A DNA stretch of 64,000 bases from Bradymonadales bacterium (GTDB lineage Bacteria > Myxococcota_A > Bradymonadia > JAFGEP01). How positions within the stretch are numbered: position 1 is the first letter of the stretch; each line of letters opens with the position of its first letter. Below the pieces are notes generated by a model. That model worked only from the letters and a program-made list of their open reading frames with translations. It searched no databases and was not told the DNA's origin. Location: assembly GCA_016931535.1 (NCBI GenBank), contig JAFGEP010000157.1:917-64916 (forward strand), read 5' to 3'. The position numbers and the translations under genes were made by a program. This document shows positions 27,130 through 37,060 of this stretch, piece after piece.

Positions 27130-29850
27130 GTGTCTGCGGACAGTGCCTATCGATTGGAAGACCTGCTGGCTCTGACCACCGAGGAGCAGCTTGGCAAGCT
27201 GGCCGGAAGACTGGAGTGTCGGCCAACCCTTTCCGAGCTTCGAGATGCCATCCTGCGACGGGAGGGTGCTGAGCCGGTATGGCTCATCGCGCTGGACGAG
27301 GAGGTGTTGGGTATCCTGCACAGCCTGGTCGCGGTGTTGCCCATGGCTGTGGAGGACCTGGAGGGGCTGGCGCAGCCGCTCGAAGTGCTGGTCGGGGCTG
27401 GCCTGGCGTACGTCCTGGAGATCCAGGAGGAGAAGCGGATCTACGTACCGTTGGAGGTTCAGCTGGAGCTGCACGAGCGGCAACCACAGCCAGACCCGGA
27501 CCTGCGGGTGCTCCTGGTGAACGCGGAGGAGGATACGCTCGGTCGGCTGGAGGGGATCTTCCTGGAGGCAGAGAGCGAGGAGGAGATCTCCGACAGTCCG
27601 ATGGAGCGAGTCTGCCGTCTGGCATCGGCCATGGAAACTCCGAGCACGCTTCGGGAGATCCACGACGGGCTGCCGGCCACGGCCCGAGAAGTGCTGGGCT
27701 GGACCTGTGAGCACGGGGGGCCGATCCGATCGGACGAGCTGGAGCAGCTCACGCGGGATGCGGCCGAATACCACCAGGAGAAGCCGGAGGTGGCGATCGG
27801 CCAGCTGCTGCGATTTGGCTTGCTGATCAGCCATGAGCCCGGGCAGACGGGGGAGATCTACCTGGTGCCGAGGAGCCTGCGCCCCATCCTGTCGAGCTTC
27901 CACATCGCCGACCTGACCGCCAGGGCGCAGGCCTGCTACGAGGAGCTGACCGCCGGTGGCCATCTGAGTTTTCCCGACGAGGGGCCGCACGGATGGGGAG
28001 GAAATGCCCATCGGGCCTTTCGCCAGTATGTCGCCAGCTGGGTCTCTGGGCAGGAGGGGGAGAAAGCGAGGGAGTTCGGGGTGGCGGCCGGGATGCAGCT
28101 GATCGATCCGGAGGGGCCGCGTGCCGGGATGTTCGCCTCGTTGCTGCTGGATCTGTCGAGTGAGACCGCCTTTGCGCGACAGGCCTTGCGTTACTGGCTG
28201 GCGATCATCGACGATCCCTGGACCATGGACCTGATGCGGGTGCTGGGGGGGGAGCCGGAGAGACTGGTGGCCTACTTTACGAGCAACCCCGAGGGGATCG
28301 AGACGGGGGACGTGGACCTGTGGTTCGGCTACCTTTTCACGCTCCGGGCTCAGCTCTTGGTGCTGATGAGCCTGATCCCGCCGGGGAGGTGGTTCTCGCT
28401 GAGCGACATGGCTCGGCTGTATCACCTGCTGTCTGCCCGTTGTACCTTGTCCTACCTGTCTCCCCCGATGTTTTCTCCGCTGTTTCCCTTCGAGGCGCTG
28501 CCGGACTATGGGGTGGTCATTGCCCGTCAGGACCGTTTGGGGGCGGTCCAGCGCTGGCTCGTGGGCTGGCTTGGGGAGTTTGTCTCTTTGCTGGGAGCGG
28601 CCGAGCTGGACGAGGGGGAGGAGTACTTCCGGGTGCATCCGGACTCGTTTTGCGTCTTTCGGGACACCGATCTGTGGTTCCAGCGGGTATGGGATGACAT
28701 GGCCAAGGTGGTGGGGGAAGATCTGGATATCTGGATGCCGATGCCCAACGATCCAGGCCCCCGCATCCGTGGGGTGGCCCCGCTGCGAGCGGTGGGGGAT
28801 CGGGTCGTGGCGCCGGAGCAGGTCCACCTGTTCGATCTGATCCAGCTGGCGAACTGGGCCGATCCGGTGGTGGAGCCCGGAGGATTCGGGTTTAGCTTCA
28901 CGCAGCGGTCGGTGAACAGGGGACTGGAACGGGGGCTCAACGGGGAGGAGATGCTGCTCTGGCTGGCGGTTCGGCTGAACGAGGAGATGCCGCCGGGGTA
29001 TCGGGCCCTGTTCCCACACTCTTCATCGGCAGTGGACGGTTCGCCGGAGCAGTGGAGGCGGGCAGCCTCGAGTCGGGTGGAGGAGCTGATCCAGTCGCTG
29101 GAGCACTGGGGTGCCTCCCCTCCGGGGCGACTGATGGAGGAGATCCGCAGCTGGGGGGCCGCGGCGGTAGGGCCGCTGGTTGATCGACTGCGGGCCTTGC
29201 TGGGGCAGGGCAGGGTCGAGGACCTCCTGATCGGACACCTGTGCCTGTTGCTGGGGGAGCTGGGGGCGGAAGGTGCGGTGCCTTTTTTGCTGGCGGTTAT
29301 CCGGGGAAGCCCGGGTGAGGGGCTTCAGCATGCGGCGGCTGCAGCCTGTATGCGCATCGGGAGGGCGAGTGTGGAAGAGCTGGTCGCCATGATGCGGAGC
29401 TCCACCGTCCCCAAGGAGCGCCGCTTGATCGCCGCCATGGCGCTGACCGGTCTGTCCACCCTGCACCCGGGGAGCTACGAGGAGGTCACCGACGCCTTGA
29501 TCCAGGTGGTCGAGGGCAGCGCTTACGACACCGATCTGCAGACCCGCCTGACACTCGAGCTGTGTCGCACCGGCCACATCAAGGCAGAGCCGATGGTGGA
29601 ATCGCTCCAGAACGAGGAGAGCTGGAACAGCGACAGCTGGGAGCCGGAGGATGCGCTCTGGTTGGCGCGGATCTCGCCTTGTGTCTGGGGATCGCTGTTG
29701 TTCTCCATCCCTTTGCCGATGCTGTACCTGGTCTCCGAAGAGGCAGACCAGCTGGCGAGCGAATCGGGGGTGAGGGAGATGATCCGAAAGGCCGGTCTCA
29801 ACACCGAGGCGTTCCTGTACGGCCGTTCCCGCGGCGAGGAGCCGGAGTAA
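27130..29850 (+). CDS. Large hypothetical protein with C-terminal HEAT/PBS-lyase-like repeats
   Basis: GTG start with CAGGAGG RBS. It sits immediately after the stop of the preceding ORF. The first 53 codons of the longer ORF overlap that gene and are Gly/Pro-rich. C-terminal repeats such as LLAVIRGSPGEGLQHAAAAACMRIG and RLIAAMALTGL. Confidence 0.55.
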   Translation: MSADSAYRLEDLLALTTEEQLGKLAGRLECRPTLSELRDAILRREGAEPVWLIALDEEVLGILHSLVAVLPMAVEDLEGLAQPLEVLVGAGLAYVLEIQEEKRIYVPLEVQLELHERQPQPDPDLRVLLVNAEEDTLGRLEGIFLEAESEEEISDSPMERVCRLASAMETPSTLREIHDGLPATAREVLGWTCEHGGPIRSDELEQLTRDAAEYHQEKPEVAIGQLLRFGLLISHEPGQTGEIYLVPRSLRPILSSFHIADLTARAQACYEELTAGGHLSFPDEGPHGWGGNAHRAFRQYVASWVSGQEGEKAREFGVAAGMQLIDPEGPRAGMFASLLLDLSSETAFARQALRYWLAIIDDPWTMDLMRVLGGEPERLVAYFTSNPEGIETGDVDLWFGYLFTLRAQLLVLMSLIPPGRWFSLSDMARLYHLLSARCTLSYLSPPMFSPLFPFEALPDYGVVIARQDRLGAVQRWLVGWLGEFVSLLGAAELDEGEEYFRVHPDSFCVFRDTDLWFQRVWDDMAKVVGEDLDIWMPMPNDPGPRIRGVAPLRAVGDRVVAPEQVHLFDLIQLANWADPVVEPGGFGFSFTQRSVNRGLERGLNGEEMLLWLAVRLNEEMPPGYRALFPHSSSAVDGSPEQWRRAASSRVEELIQSLEHWGASPPGRLMEEIRSWGAAAVGPLVDRLRALLGQGRVEDLLIGHLCLLLGELGAEGAVPFLLAVIRGSPGEGLQHAAAAACMRIGRASVEELVAMMRSSTVPKERRLIAAMALTGLSTLHPGSYEEVTDALIQVVEGSAYDTDLQTRLTLELCRTGHIKAEPMVESLQNEESWNSDSWEPEDALWLARISPCVWGSLLFSIPLPMLYLVSEEADQLASESGVREMIRKAGLNTEAFLYGRSRGEEPE

Positions 29851-29928
29851 TAACGGGAAGGAAGCGATCGGCAAGAGCCGGGAGGTTTCATCCACCCGAC
29901 AGGCCATGATGACGGCAGACCGGCCAAG

Positions 29929-29952
29929 CCGGATGAGCCGAAGCTCATCCGG
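29929..29952 (+). terminator. Perfect 10-bp stem / 4-nt loop hairpin (CCGGATGAGC cgaa GCTCATCCGG) without a U-tract
   Basis: Read directly from the sequence, about 80 nt downstream of the stop at 29850. May be an intrinsic-terminator-like structure. Confidence 0.4.
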
Positions 29953-29980
29953 AGACGTCAACGAGGGGGTGAAGAGCCGG

Positions 29981-30009
29981 TTGACCCACCCGGCATCGCT
30001 GCCTACATT
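29981..30009 (+). promoter_or_regulatory. Sigma70-like promoter upstream of dnaJ (TTGACC, 17 nt, TACATT)
   Basis: TTGACC at 29981-29986 and TACATT at 30004-30009. Confidence 0.35.
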
Positions 30010-30134
30010 CCAGGTAACCCGGGTGGTGGTAAGAAAAGTGGGAAGGCCACCCAACCCGGGGAGGTTCCATCCGTTCCCCTGAACGACCCGCGGGTGGTCG
30101 AGACCGGGGAGGGATGCATGTCAATCGGTCGGCC

Positions 30135-31280
30135 ATGGAGGATAAGGACTTATACCAGATCCTGGGGGTAGGTCGCTCTGCCAGCCCGGAGGAGATCAAG
30201 AAGGCCTATCGGAAGCTGGCCCGCAAGTACCATCCGGACGTGAATCCCGGGGATGCCCAATCGGAGCAGCGATTCAAGGAGATCTCTGCCGCCTTCGATG
30301 TGCTGGGGGATCCCGAAAAGCGAAAGAAGTACGATGAGTTTGGGGTTGCAGGCCTGCGAGAGGGGTTCAGTCCGGACGAGGCGAGAGCCTACAAGAGATG
30401 GACGCAGAGTGGAGGGGGTGGCCAGCGGTTCGAGTTCAACACCGATGGGTTTCATTTCGAGGGATTGGGAGGCCTGGGCGATCTCTTCGGGGATCTCTTC
30501 GGGGGCCGTTCGACCCGCAGCACCCGTTCGCGCAGCCGCCGGGGAGCCGATGCCGAATCGGAGGTGGAGATCGATTTTCTGACCGCCATCCGAGGAGGGG
30601 AGCTCAACCTCACCCTGGATAGCCCCCGCCCCTGTGCCAGTTGCGGTGGCACCGGACGAGGCGCCGGTGCCAACAGACCCTGCCCCGCCTGCCAGGGGAG
30701 TGGCCAGCAGCCGATGGGAAGTGGTCACTACCGCGGGGCGATGCCCTGCCGCAGCTGCGGCGGCAGCGGGATCCAACCCGGCCCGCCCTGTAGTGCCTGC
30801 GGGGGGACAGGCGCGACCGATGGGCGCAGCACCTTGCTGGTCAAGATACCGGCCGGGATCCAGGATGGAGGTCGTATCCGCCTGGCGGGGAAAGGAAGTC
30901 CGGGGAGCGGAGGGGAAGCAGCCGGGGACCTGTACCTCAAGGTGCGGGTGGCCCCTCATCCGATGCTGCGCCGGGAAGGGAAGGATCTGTACATGAACCT
31001 GCCGGTGACGGTCGGGGAGGCGGTGCAGGGAGCCTGTGTCGAGATCCCGCTGCCGGATGGAGGGGCGGTCAATCTCACCATTCCAGCCCACTCCCAGAAC
31101 GGACAGAAGCTGCGGCTGCGCGGAAAAGGGGTGCCCGACACGAGAGGGGGGAGGCCGGGAGACCTCTATGTGGTCCTGGAGGTCAAGCTGCCTTCCGGCA
31201 AGGCGAAGGAACTGGAATCGCTGTCCCGCCAGTTCGACCGATACTATAGCGGCGAGGTCCAAAGGCCAACCCGCCTTTGA
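30135..31280 (+). CDS. dnaJ: Molecular chaperone DnaJ (type I, with Zn-finger)
   Basis: J-domain (DLYQILGV...[16 protein letters not shown]). G/F-rich linker. Four CxxCxGxG repeats ([32 protein letters not shown]). C-terminal substrate-binding domains. An alternative ATG at 30114 exists. Confidence 0.85.
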   Translation: MEDKDLYQILGVGRSASPEEIKKAYRKLARKYHPDVNPGDAQSEQRFKEISAAFDVLGDPEKRKKYDEFGVAGLREGFSPDEARAYKRWTQSGGGGQRFEFNTDGFHFEGLGGLGDLFGDLFGGRSTRSTRSRSRRGADAESEVEIDFLTAIRGGELNLTLDSPRPCASCGGTGRGAGANRPCPACQGSGQQPMGSGHYRGAMPCRSCGGSGIQPGPPCSACGGTGATDGRSTLLVKIPAGIQDGGRIRLAGKGSPGSGGEAAGDLYLKVRVAPHPMLRREGKDLYMNLPVTVGEAVQGACVEIPLPDGGAVNLTIPAHSQNGQKLRLRGKGVPDTRGGRPGDLYVVLEVKLPSGKAKELESLSRQFDRYYSGEVQRPTRL

Positions 31281-31294
31281 CCGGGGAGGAGAGG

Positions 31295-31612
31295 ATGGAG
31301 CAACAAAGGTACAGCCGTATCGAGATTGCACGCCTCCTTGGTCTGGAGGAGAGCTTTATCCTGGCCCTCGAAGAGGAGCAGATCGTGACCTGCGAGCCGG
31401 GGGGCGAGGAGGGGATATACTCCTCCCAGGCGTTCGAACGGATCCGGCTGGCCGACACGCTGGTCCACGAGCTGGAGGTAAACCTGGCCGGCACCGCCAT
31501 CATCGTGAGAATGCGGGAGCAGCTGGCTTCCATGCAGCAGCAGCTCGCGCAGATGACAGAGATGATGCGGGAGATGGCGCGGCGATTGGAGGATCCCGAC
31601 GACTCGGAGTGA
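31295..31612 (+). CDS. MerR-like chaperone-modulator / heat-shock regulator (CbpM/HspR-like)
   Basis: GGAGGAGAGG RBS. YSRIEIARLLGLEESFI is an HTH-like segment. About 105 aa. It sits directly downstream of dnaJ, as cbpM and hspR do in other bacteria. Confidence 0.5.
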   Translation: MEQQRYSRIEIARLLGLEESFILALEEEQIVTCEPGGEEGIYSSQAFERIRLADTLVHELEVNLAGTAIIVRMREQLASMQQQLAQMTEMMREMARRLEDPDDSE

Positions 31613-31679
31613 TGGGGTCGTCACCGGTCACCCAGGCGGCGGGCATCTGCCAGGGGACCAGACCATTGCCGGAGAAAAG

Positions 31680-31991
31680 ATGGGAGGAGATGTGGGACGT
31701 TTATTACTCGTGGTGGAAGGGGTGCTGGTCATCGCGACAATGGCCCTGATGGCATGCGGGGACGAGACTGGGACACTGCGCGGGCTTCGGTGTGGTGACG
31801 AGATCTGCTCCCCCAGTGAGAGCCCGGATAGCTGCCCGGTGGACTGCTCCTACGATTGTGTGCCGGAGACCTCCCGATGCGTGGGGAACATGCTGGCGAT
31901 CTGCCAGGAAGATGGACTGCATGAGCTGGTCCAGTCGTGTCAACCGGACGAGTACTGCGAGGAGGGGGAGTGCCTGCATGCGGGCGACTGA
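31680..31991 (+). CDS. Small Cys-rich lipoprotein
   Basis: Signal peptide with lipobox LMACG. 12 Cys in about 80 mature residues (CGDEICSPSESPDSCPVDCSYDC...). Confidence 0.4.
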   Translation: MGGDVGRLLLVVEGVLVIATMALMACGDETGTLRGLRCGDEICSPSESPDSCPVDCSYDCVPETSRCVGNMLAICQEDGLHELVQSCQPDEYCEEGECLHAGD

Positions 31992-32029
31992 GAGGAGTGC
32001 GCCAGCGAGCCTTGGAAAACCAGCAACTA

Positions 32030-32926
32030 CTAGCCGGTAGTGAACTCGAGCGTGGTCCTTGGCGGTACCGGGATCTCGAAGTGTTTATCGTAGACCGCCA
32101 TCTGGACGTGCAGGGTGGCAACACGGCGCCGGGAGGCGACGACCCGGATGGGGAGCTGATAGAGGAAGTTGCGATAGCCTTCGTAGGAGATGAATCCCCG
32201 ATTGAAGAGCCGTTCTCGAAGGTCGGGGCGATCACAAGCCAGGCCTTCTCTTTCGAGCCGCTGGTCGATCCGATCCAGCATGATATCGAGCGCCTTGTGG
32301 TAGTCCTTTCGGGAGGGCCCGAAGAAGCGGCGCGGAATCTTGAGCTCTTGCGCCAGCGCAGACTCGAAGAAGTCATGGTAGCCCAGGTTCATGGCGCGGG
32401 AGAGGTCGAAGGCCAGCCGGTCGGCGGAGGAGATGCGCCGGGACGTCCGGATGTTCTTGCTGGCGGGCACGCCCAGGATACGCCGGATACCGCCGGTGGC
32501 GTGCAGTACGCCGGCCTGGTTGAACTCACTGTCGGAGACGGAGGCGACGAACAGCTTTTTCTCGGGATGGGGGATGGGCAAGGGAAGCAGGGAGATCTGG
32601 GCGCAGCTGATGTCGGGCCGGACGATGTCCATGACCTTGAGCTGGTACGAGAGGCGGTCGGTGTTCCCGCTGTAGATGGCAGGAACGGAGCGGGAGAGGA
32701 GGGTGCATAGCTGGCGGTCGCCGACGCCCTTGAGCTTCTGCCCTCGGGAGTCGCACAGGATGATCGCTTCCGAGGAGACGAAGTCGTAGACCCGTTCGAG
32801 CTGGTAGCGAACGGCGGCTCCAGGTTCTCCGGATCGCTTGTGGCGGCGATTGAACTCCCCATCGGGGATAGTGAAGAGGTGGGCCGCCTGGGCGCTGATC
32901 GAGACTGTATCGTGATTGGAGAGCAT
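32030..32926 (-). CDS. Hypothetical cytoplasmic protein (298 aa)
   Basis: Balanced composition with no signal peptide. I did not recognise a family. Confidence 0.45.
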   Translation of the reverse strand: MLSNHDTVSISAQAAHLFTIPDGEFNRRHKRSGEPGAAVRYQLERVYDFVSSEAIILCDSRGQKLKGVGDRQLCTLLSRSVPAIYSGNTDRLSYQLKVMDIVRPDISCAQISLLPLPIPHPEKKLFVASVSDSEFNQAGVLHATGGIRRILGVPASKNIRTSRRISSADRLAFDLSRAMNLGYHDFFESALAQELKIPRRFFGPSRKDYHKALDIMLDRIDQRLEREGLACDRPDLRERLFNRGFISYEGYRNFLYQLPIRVVASRRRVATLHVQMAVYDKHFEIPVPPRTTLEFTTG

Positions 32927-33069
32927 ATGGTTCTCCCTGCCTGCCTTCGGTGTTGGGTGGGATAATAACTTACATGTGCGCAGACCACAAATAACGGGCA
33001 GGTGGTCGAGGAAGCGAGTAGCGAGGTGCGTTACCGGCAGGTCGGAGCGGGTGACCGGTTGCGGTCGCG

Positions 33070-33996
33070 TCAGCGGGTGAAGTTGACGTAGCTGGCGCTG
33101 CCGATCTGACTGACACTGGCGTCGGATTCGGCTTCGCAGGAGTCGCTGCCGGTGATGCGGGTGATCCGGGCGCGTTCGCCAGATGAGCCGACGCGGCCGG
33201 ATGAGCCTTCGGACAGGCCGCTGGAGCTGCCGCAGCCCAGCAGGATGAGGATGGAGCCCTGACCGCCGGACCGTTCGCGGATGGTCAGGATGGTGGCGCG
33301 GATGGGCGGCTCCTCCTCGACGGCGGGTTCTTCGACCACCGGAGCTTCCACGGCGACGGTAGGTTCCTCAGTCGGTTCCGACCGGGGAGTGGGTGTCGAT
33401 TCGGTGGATTCCGTGCGTCTACGGGAGCGCCGGGAGGAGCGTCTTTCCCGTTCAGCCCTTTCAGCAGCCTCTTGTGCGGCCAGCTCTTCGGGAGTGGGGC
33501 CGGTGGGGACCACCACGGCGACGGCGCTTTCGAAGTCGCGGCCAACGATGTACTCACTGCTCCCTTCGGAGGCGAAGATGCGGACGTAGTAACGGCCGGG
33601 CAGGACACTGAACTCCTGGATGACAACCTCGTTCTGGCCGGGTGCGACCGGTTCTTCGTAGAGGGTGTCGCCGAAGTCGTTGTGAAGGGAGACGGTGCCA
33701 CCCACCTCCGGGGCGGTGAATCGGACCCGGACCGTGACTCGGCCGCGTTCGGTGACGTCGAAGTACTTGTAGTCGGTGTTGTCGCCTGCCGGTGCGTCGA
33801 CGGAGTCGTTGATGGCGATGTCGAAGAGGCCTCGTGCGCCGGCAAGGGTCGCGTCATCGCCTGAGCCGGTGTCGAGTTGTGGCTCGGCCGTGGCTGTGGT
33901 GGTGGTGGCTTGTTGTTCGGAGGAGGACATGCCACCACAGGCGATGAGGAGCAAAGAGCAAAGGGTGATACAGAGGATGCTGTGACTTGGTTTCAT
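33070..33996 (-). CDS. Lipoprotein with N-terminal beta-sandwich-like domain and acidic / Arg-Ser-rich low-complexity tail (paralog A)
   Basis: Lipobox LLIACG. Domain DNTDYKYFDV...GRYYVRIFASEGSSEYIV is homologous to the adjacent gene product. Confidence 0.55.
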   Translation of the reverse strand: MKPSHSILCITLCSLLLIACGGMSSSEQQATTTTATAEPQLDTGSGDDATLAGARGLFDIAINDSVDAPAGDNTDYKYFDVTERGRVTVRVRFTAPEVGGTVSLHNDFGDTLYEEPVAPGQNEVVIQEFSVLPGRYYVRIFASEGSSEYIVGRDFESAVAVVVPTGPTPEELAAQEAAERAERERRSSRRSRRRTESTESTPTPRSEPTEEPTVAVEAPVVEEPAVEEEPPIRATILTIRERSGGQGSILILLGCGSSSGLSEGSSGRVGSSGERARITRITGSDSCEAESDASVSQIGSASYVNFTR

Positions 33997-34013
33997 GGTC
34001 TTTTCCCTCGAAT

Positions 34014-34526
34014 TCATATCGGGCGATCGAACTCTGGCCTGGGGTCTTCCTGCATCTGCCCGGACTCGCGAGGAGGTCCGAGGTACAGCCGGATGGAGTA
34101 GGTGGAGCGACCGCCGGTTGTCCGAATCCGGATATAGTATAGCCCGTCAGCGGGCAAGTTGGCAGTGATCTGATCGTGCTGGCCACTGCGGTCGTGGGTG
34201 GCAGAGGTGATGGTCGCTCCGTACTGGTCGTGAAGGCTGACCTCGCCCAGGACGGTCTCCGTATCCCAGTAGATGTCCACGGTGACCTGGCCGGCCTGAG
34301 CGATTTCAAACTTCTTCCAGTCGGTGGCATCTCCCCCTTCGTAGTTGACGGCATCGGTGATGGCGACATCGAAGGGGGCGGTGACGGCACCCGAGCGGCT
34401 GGTATCATGCCCGGAGTTATCCTCGGGGCCGGGTCTTCCGGTGCAACCGATGGGGGTTGCCAACCAGACGGCCAGGCAAAGCAGACACAGGAAACTGGAT
34501 GGGGCTCTCACGTTGTTCTTCCTCAT
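34014..34526 (-). CDS. Lipoprotein, paralog B of the downstream neighbour
   Basis: Lipobox PIGCTG. DATDWKKFEI...GLYYIRIRTTGGRSTYSI aligns with paralog A. Confidence 0.5.
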   Translation of the reverse strand: MRKNNVRAPSSFLCLLCLAVWLATPIGCTGRPGPEDNSGHDTSRSGAVTAPFDVAITDAVNYEGGDATDWKKFEIAQAGQVTVDIYWDTETVLGEVSLHDQYGATITSATHDRSGQHDQITANLPADGLYYIRIRTTGGRSTYSIRLYLGPPRESGQMQEDPRPEFDRPI

Positions 34527-34612
34527 GGTCCACCTTTCAAACGTTTATACGGGGAAAACATTTCACCTAAAGCGCTGTTGGGGGCAGATCTGGTCGATCT
34601 CCCTCTGGGGTA

Positions 34613-35851
34613 TCAGCCCTTTTTCGTCTTTTCGCCTCCTGCGGGTTTGCGTGGAGCGCGAGTCGTTTTTTTCCTGGTCGAGGCGGCCTTTTTCGGTTTC
34701 TCCGCCTTCTCGGCGCCGGCACTTGGTGCCGGTGGCGCGATCTCTTCGGTCACGGTGGGGCCGGCCGCTTCGGCGGGTTGGTCGGTCGGAGCCGGTTCCG
34801 GTTCGGGAGCCTGGGACGGTGTCTCTTCTGCAGGGGGGGTGACCTGGGCAGGTTGCGGTGGGGAGGTGGATGGGGAGGGCGCGGGCTGGTCGGCCGGTTC
34901 CAGCGTGGGAAAATCCGGCGAGGGGGGTTGATCCGGAGTTGTCTCGACCGCCGCAAGGGGTACTGGAGCGGCAGGCGGTGTCCCCTCGGCGGCCGGAGTG
35001 GGTTCTTCAGGGGTGGCAGGCTCGTCGGTTGGGGCAGGCTCGGGCGACGGGGCCTCGGGTTTGGAGGGCGGGGCAGAAGGGGCGTCCGGTCGGCCCTCGG
35101 CTTCCGCGGGGAGTCGGAAGGGTCGAGGGACGCTGGGGTCGAACTCGTGGAGGCGGTCGAGAGCCTTGTCGAGTTGATTTTTAACGATGTTGTAGGCTTT
35201 TTCGTTGTTGTCAGCCCGGTTTCGCTGTTTGTCGGTTTCCTGGAGGGCGCGGTTGAGGCGCCGTTTGAGATCGTCGTTGGAGGCGGTGAGGTCTCGGATC
35301 TTGCGATCGGTCTCGATGGTTTTGAGCTTGAGGCGTTTTTCAATCTCTTGGGTGAGGGCGCGCTGTTTTTCGGTCGAGTCGGTGTCGGGGGGCCTGGCGT
35401 CGGCGGCGGGGGTTCGGGTGGAGCGGGCCTCTGCCAGGGAGTGCTTGAGCCGTTCGATCTCGGAGGAGAGGGTGTTGGTGTGGGTCTTGAGCCGTTCGAT
35501 CTCGGCGCGGGCCTGGGCCAGATCCAGTCGTGCGGTGAGGAGGGCGTCGGTTTCGGGGGTGATCCCCTCGGGTTCACCGGGTTTCCGTTCGCGGCGTTTG
35601 TCCTGTGCGAGCAGGTGCAGCCGTTCCTTGACTTTCTTGTGGTCGCTCTTGAGCTCGCCGAGTCGGGATTTTTCGCTTTCGAACTCGCCTTTGAGGTCGG
35701 TGAGCTTTTTCTGGATCCCCTTGTACTTCTGGTCGAGCGTTTGGAAATCGGATTTCAGCTTGTTGTGGGCGGCTTTTTCGACGAGGAGAAGGCGAGCCAC
35801 GTAACCGAGGGCCAAGGCCAGTACCAATGCGATGATCCCGACGACAACCAT
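34613..35851 (-). CDS. Membrane-anchored coiled-coil protein with long Pro/Ala/Glu-rich spacer and Lys-rich C-terminus
   Basis: N-terminal TM helix (VVVGIIALVLALALGYV). A heptad-like charged helical region of about 220 aa. A Pro-rich tail of about 150 aa (PEAPSPEPAPTDEPATPEEPTP...). Ends KKTTRAPRKPAGGEKTKKG. Confidence 0.55.
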   Translation of the reverse strand: MVVVGIIALVLALALGYVARLLLVEKAAHNKLKSDFQTLDQKYKGIQKKLTDLKGEFESEKSRLGELKSDHKKVKERLHLLAQDKRRERKPGEPEGITPETDALLTARLDLAQARAEIERLKTHTNTLSSEIERLKHSLAEARSTRTPAADARPPDTDSTEKQRALTQEIEKRLKLKTIETDRKIRDLTASNDDLKRRLNRALQETDKQRNRADNNEKAYNIVKNQLDKALDRLHEFDPSVPRPFRLPAEAEGRPDAPSAPPSKPEAPSPEPAPTDEPATPEEPTPAAEGTPPAAPVPLAAVETTPDQPPSPDFPTLEPADQPAPSPSTSPPQPAQVTPPAEETPSQAPEPEPAPTDQPAEAAGPTVTEEIAPPAPSAGAEKAEKPKKAASTRKKTTRAPRKPAGGEKTKKG

Positions 35852-36036
35852 TACCGCTCCTGCTAGAAGGTCAAAGACCGTTGTACGTACGAAAGCCCAG
35901 TGGCGCGTAACTACTTAACAAAGTGTGATTTCCCTGTCTACCGATCCGACCGACAAAACGCAAGACAGTCGGTGACCGGAGCGCCAACCTGTCGAGTGCC
36001 GCTGTTCGCGTGGTCGAAAGAGGGGTCTGGACCCGA

Positions 36037-36900
36037 TCAGAGGTAGAGGTTGATGGCCATTCCCAACATGCGGTTGTCGCCCTGTTCGATATCCTGGCGG
36101 AAGAGGAGGTCCAGGCCGAAGAGGTCGTGACGCCAGCCGGCACCTGCCGAGATCTGCTGGCTGGAGGGGTGGGTCTGGTACTGGTACCCGATCCGGATCG
36201 GGATCTTGAAGGGGGCGAGGTACTCGGCTCCGACCCGGAAGTCGAGGCAGGCATCTTCTTCACAGTCGAAGTGGACGATGGTGTCGGTGGCGAGCTGGAA
36301 GAAGGTGGTGTGCAGGTTGAGTCCGAAGCCGGCGTCCAGGCCCTGACCGGAGTTCTCCACCTCGACGAGGTTCTTGACGGCCGCGCCGATAGCGAGGAAG
36401 CGGCCGAGCGAGACCATGATCCCGGTATCCAGGGTGATGCCATCGGCGATGTCCTGATCGGCCTGAGCGTAGTCGAGGTAGTGAATGGCCACTCCGGCGA
36501 TGAGCCAGCCGGGGATGACCGGCATGGACAGGGCGCCGTAGACATCGTGCCCGGAGAAGCTGGGGAGACTGGCTCTGCTAGAGGAGACGGAGTAGGTGTA
36601 GCCGATGCCACCCCCCAGGGATTGGTTGCTTTTTCCATCGACGATGGAGGCGTGCAGGCTGGAGAGACCGGTTTGCTGATCGTACAGGTAGCTCGCCTCG
36701 ACGGAGTACATCATGAGGGCGCTGACACCGGCCGGGTTGTGGAACAGGGCGCCCGATCCGGTGGCCGCAGCGGTGAAGGCGTCGGCCATTCCCATGGCCC
36801 TGACGCCGGTCATGCTGCCCTGGGCCGAGGCGCCGGGGCCGCTGGTGAGGATCGCCAGAGTGAACCCGAGCAGGATGGCGGTGCGAGCGGGGATCTTCAT
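36037..36900 (-). CDS. Putative outer-membrane beta-barrel protein
   Basis: GGAG RBS. Signal peptide MKIPARTAILLGFTLAILTSGPGASAQG. Gly/Tyr/Ser-rich amphipathic beta-strand pattern. Sits immediately downstream of the ABC permease gene. Confidence 0.5.
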   Translation of the reverse strand: MKIPARTAILLGFTLAILTSGPGASAQGSMTGVRAMGMADAFTAAATGSGALFHNPAGVSALMMYSVEASYLYDQQTGLSSLHASIVDGKSNQSLGGGIGYTYSVSSSRASLPSFSGHDVYGALSMPVIPGWLIAGVAIHYLDYAQADQDIADGITLDTGIMVSLGRFLAIGAAVKNLVEVENSGQGLDAGFGLNLHTTFFQLATDTIVHFDCEEDACLDFRVGAEYLAPFKIPIRIGYQYQTHPSSQQISAGAGWRHDLFGLDLLFRQDIEQGDNRMLGMAINLYL

Positions 36901-37060
36901 GGTTCGCTCCGGAGGAGGCCAGGACGCCGGTTCGCCGCGGATGTCGGAGATCCAACTTCCTTTGCGCATTCTCACCTACAACGACGGCGAAGCGCTGTCA
37001 AATTCCCTGGTGTCGGGGGAGGGGATCGATCGGGGGTGGGCAAGGGCGGCGACGGGGAGG

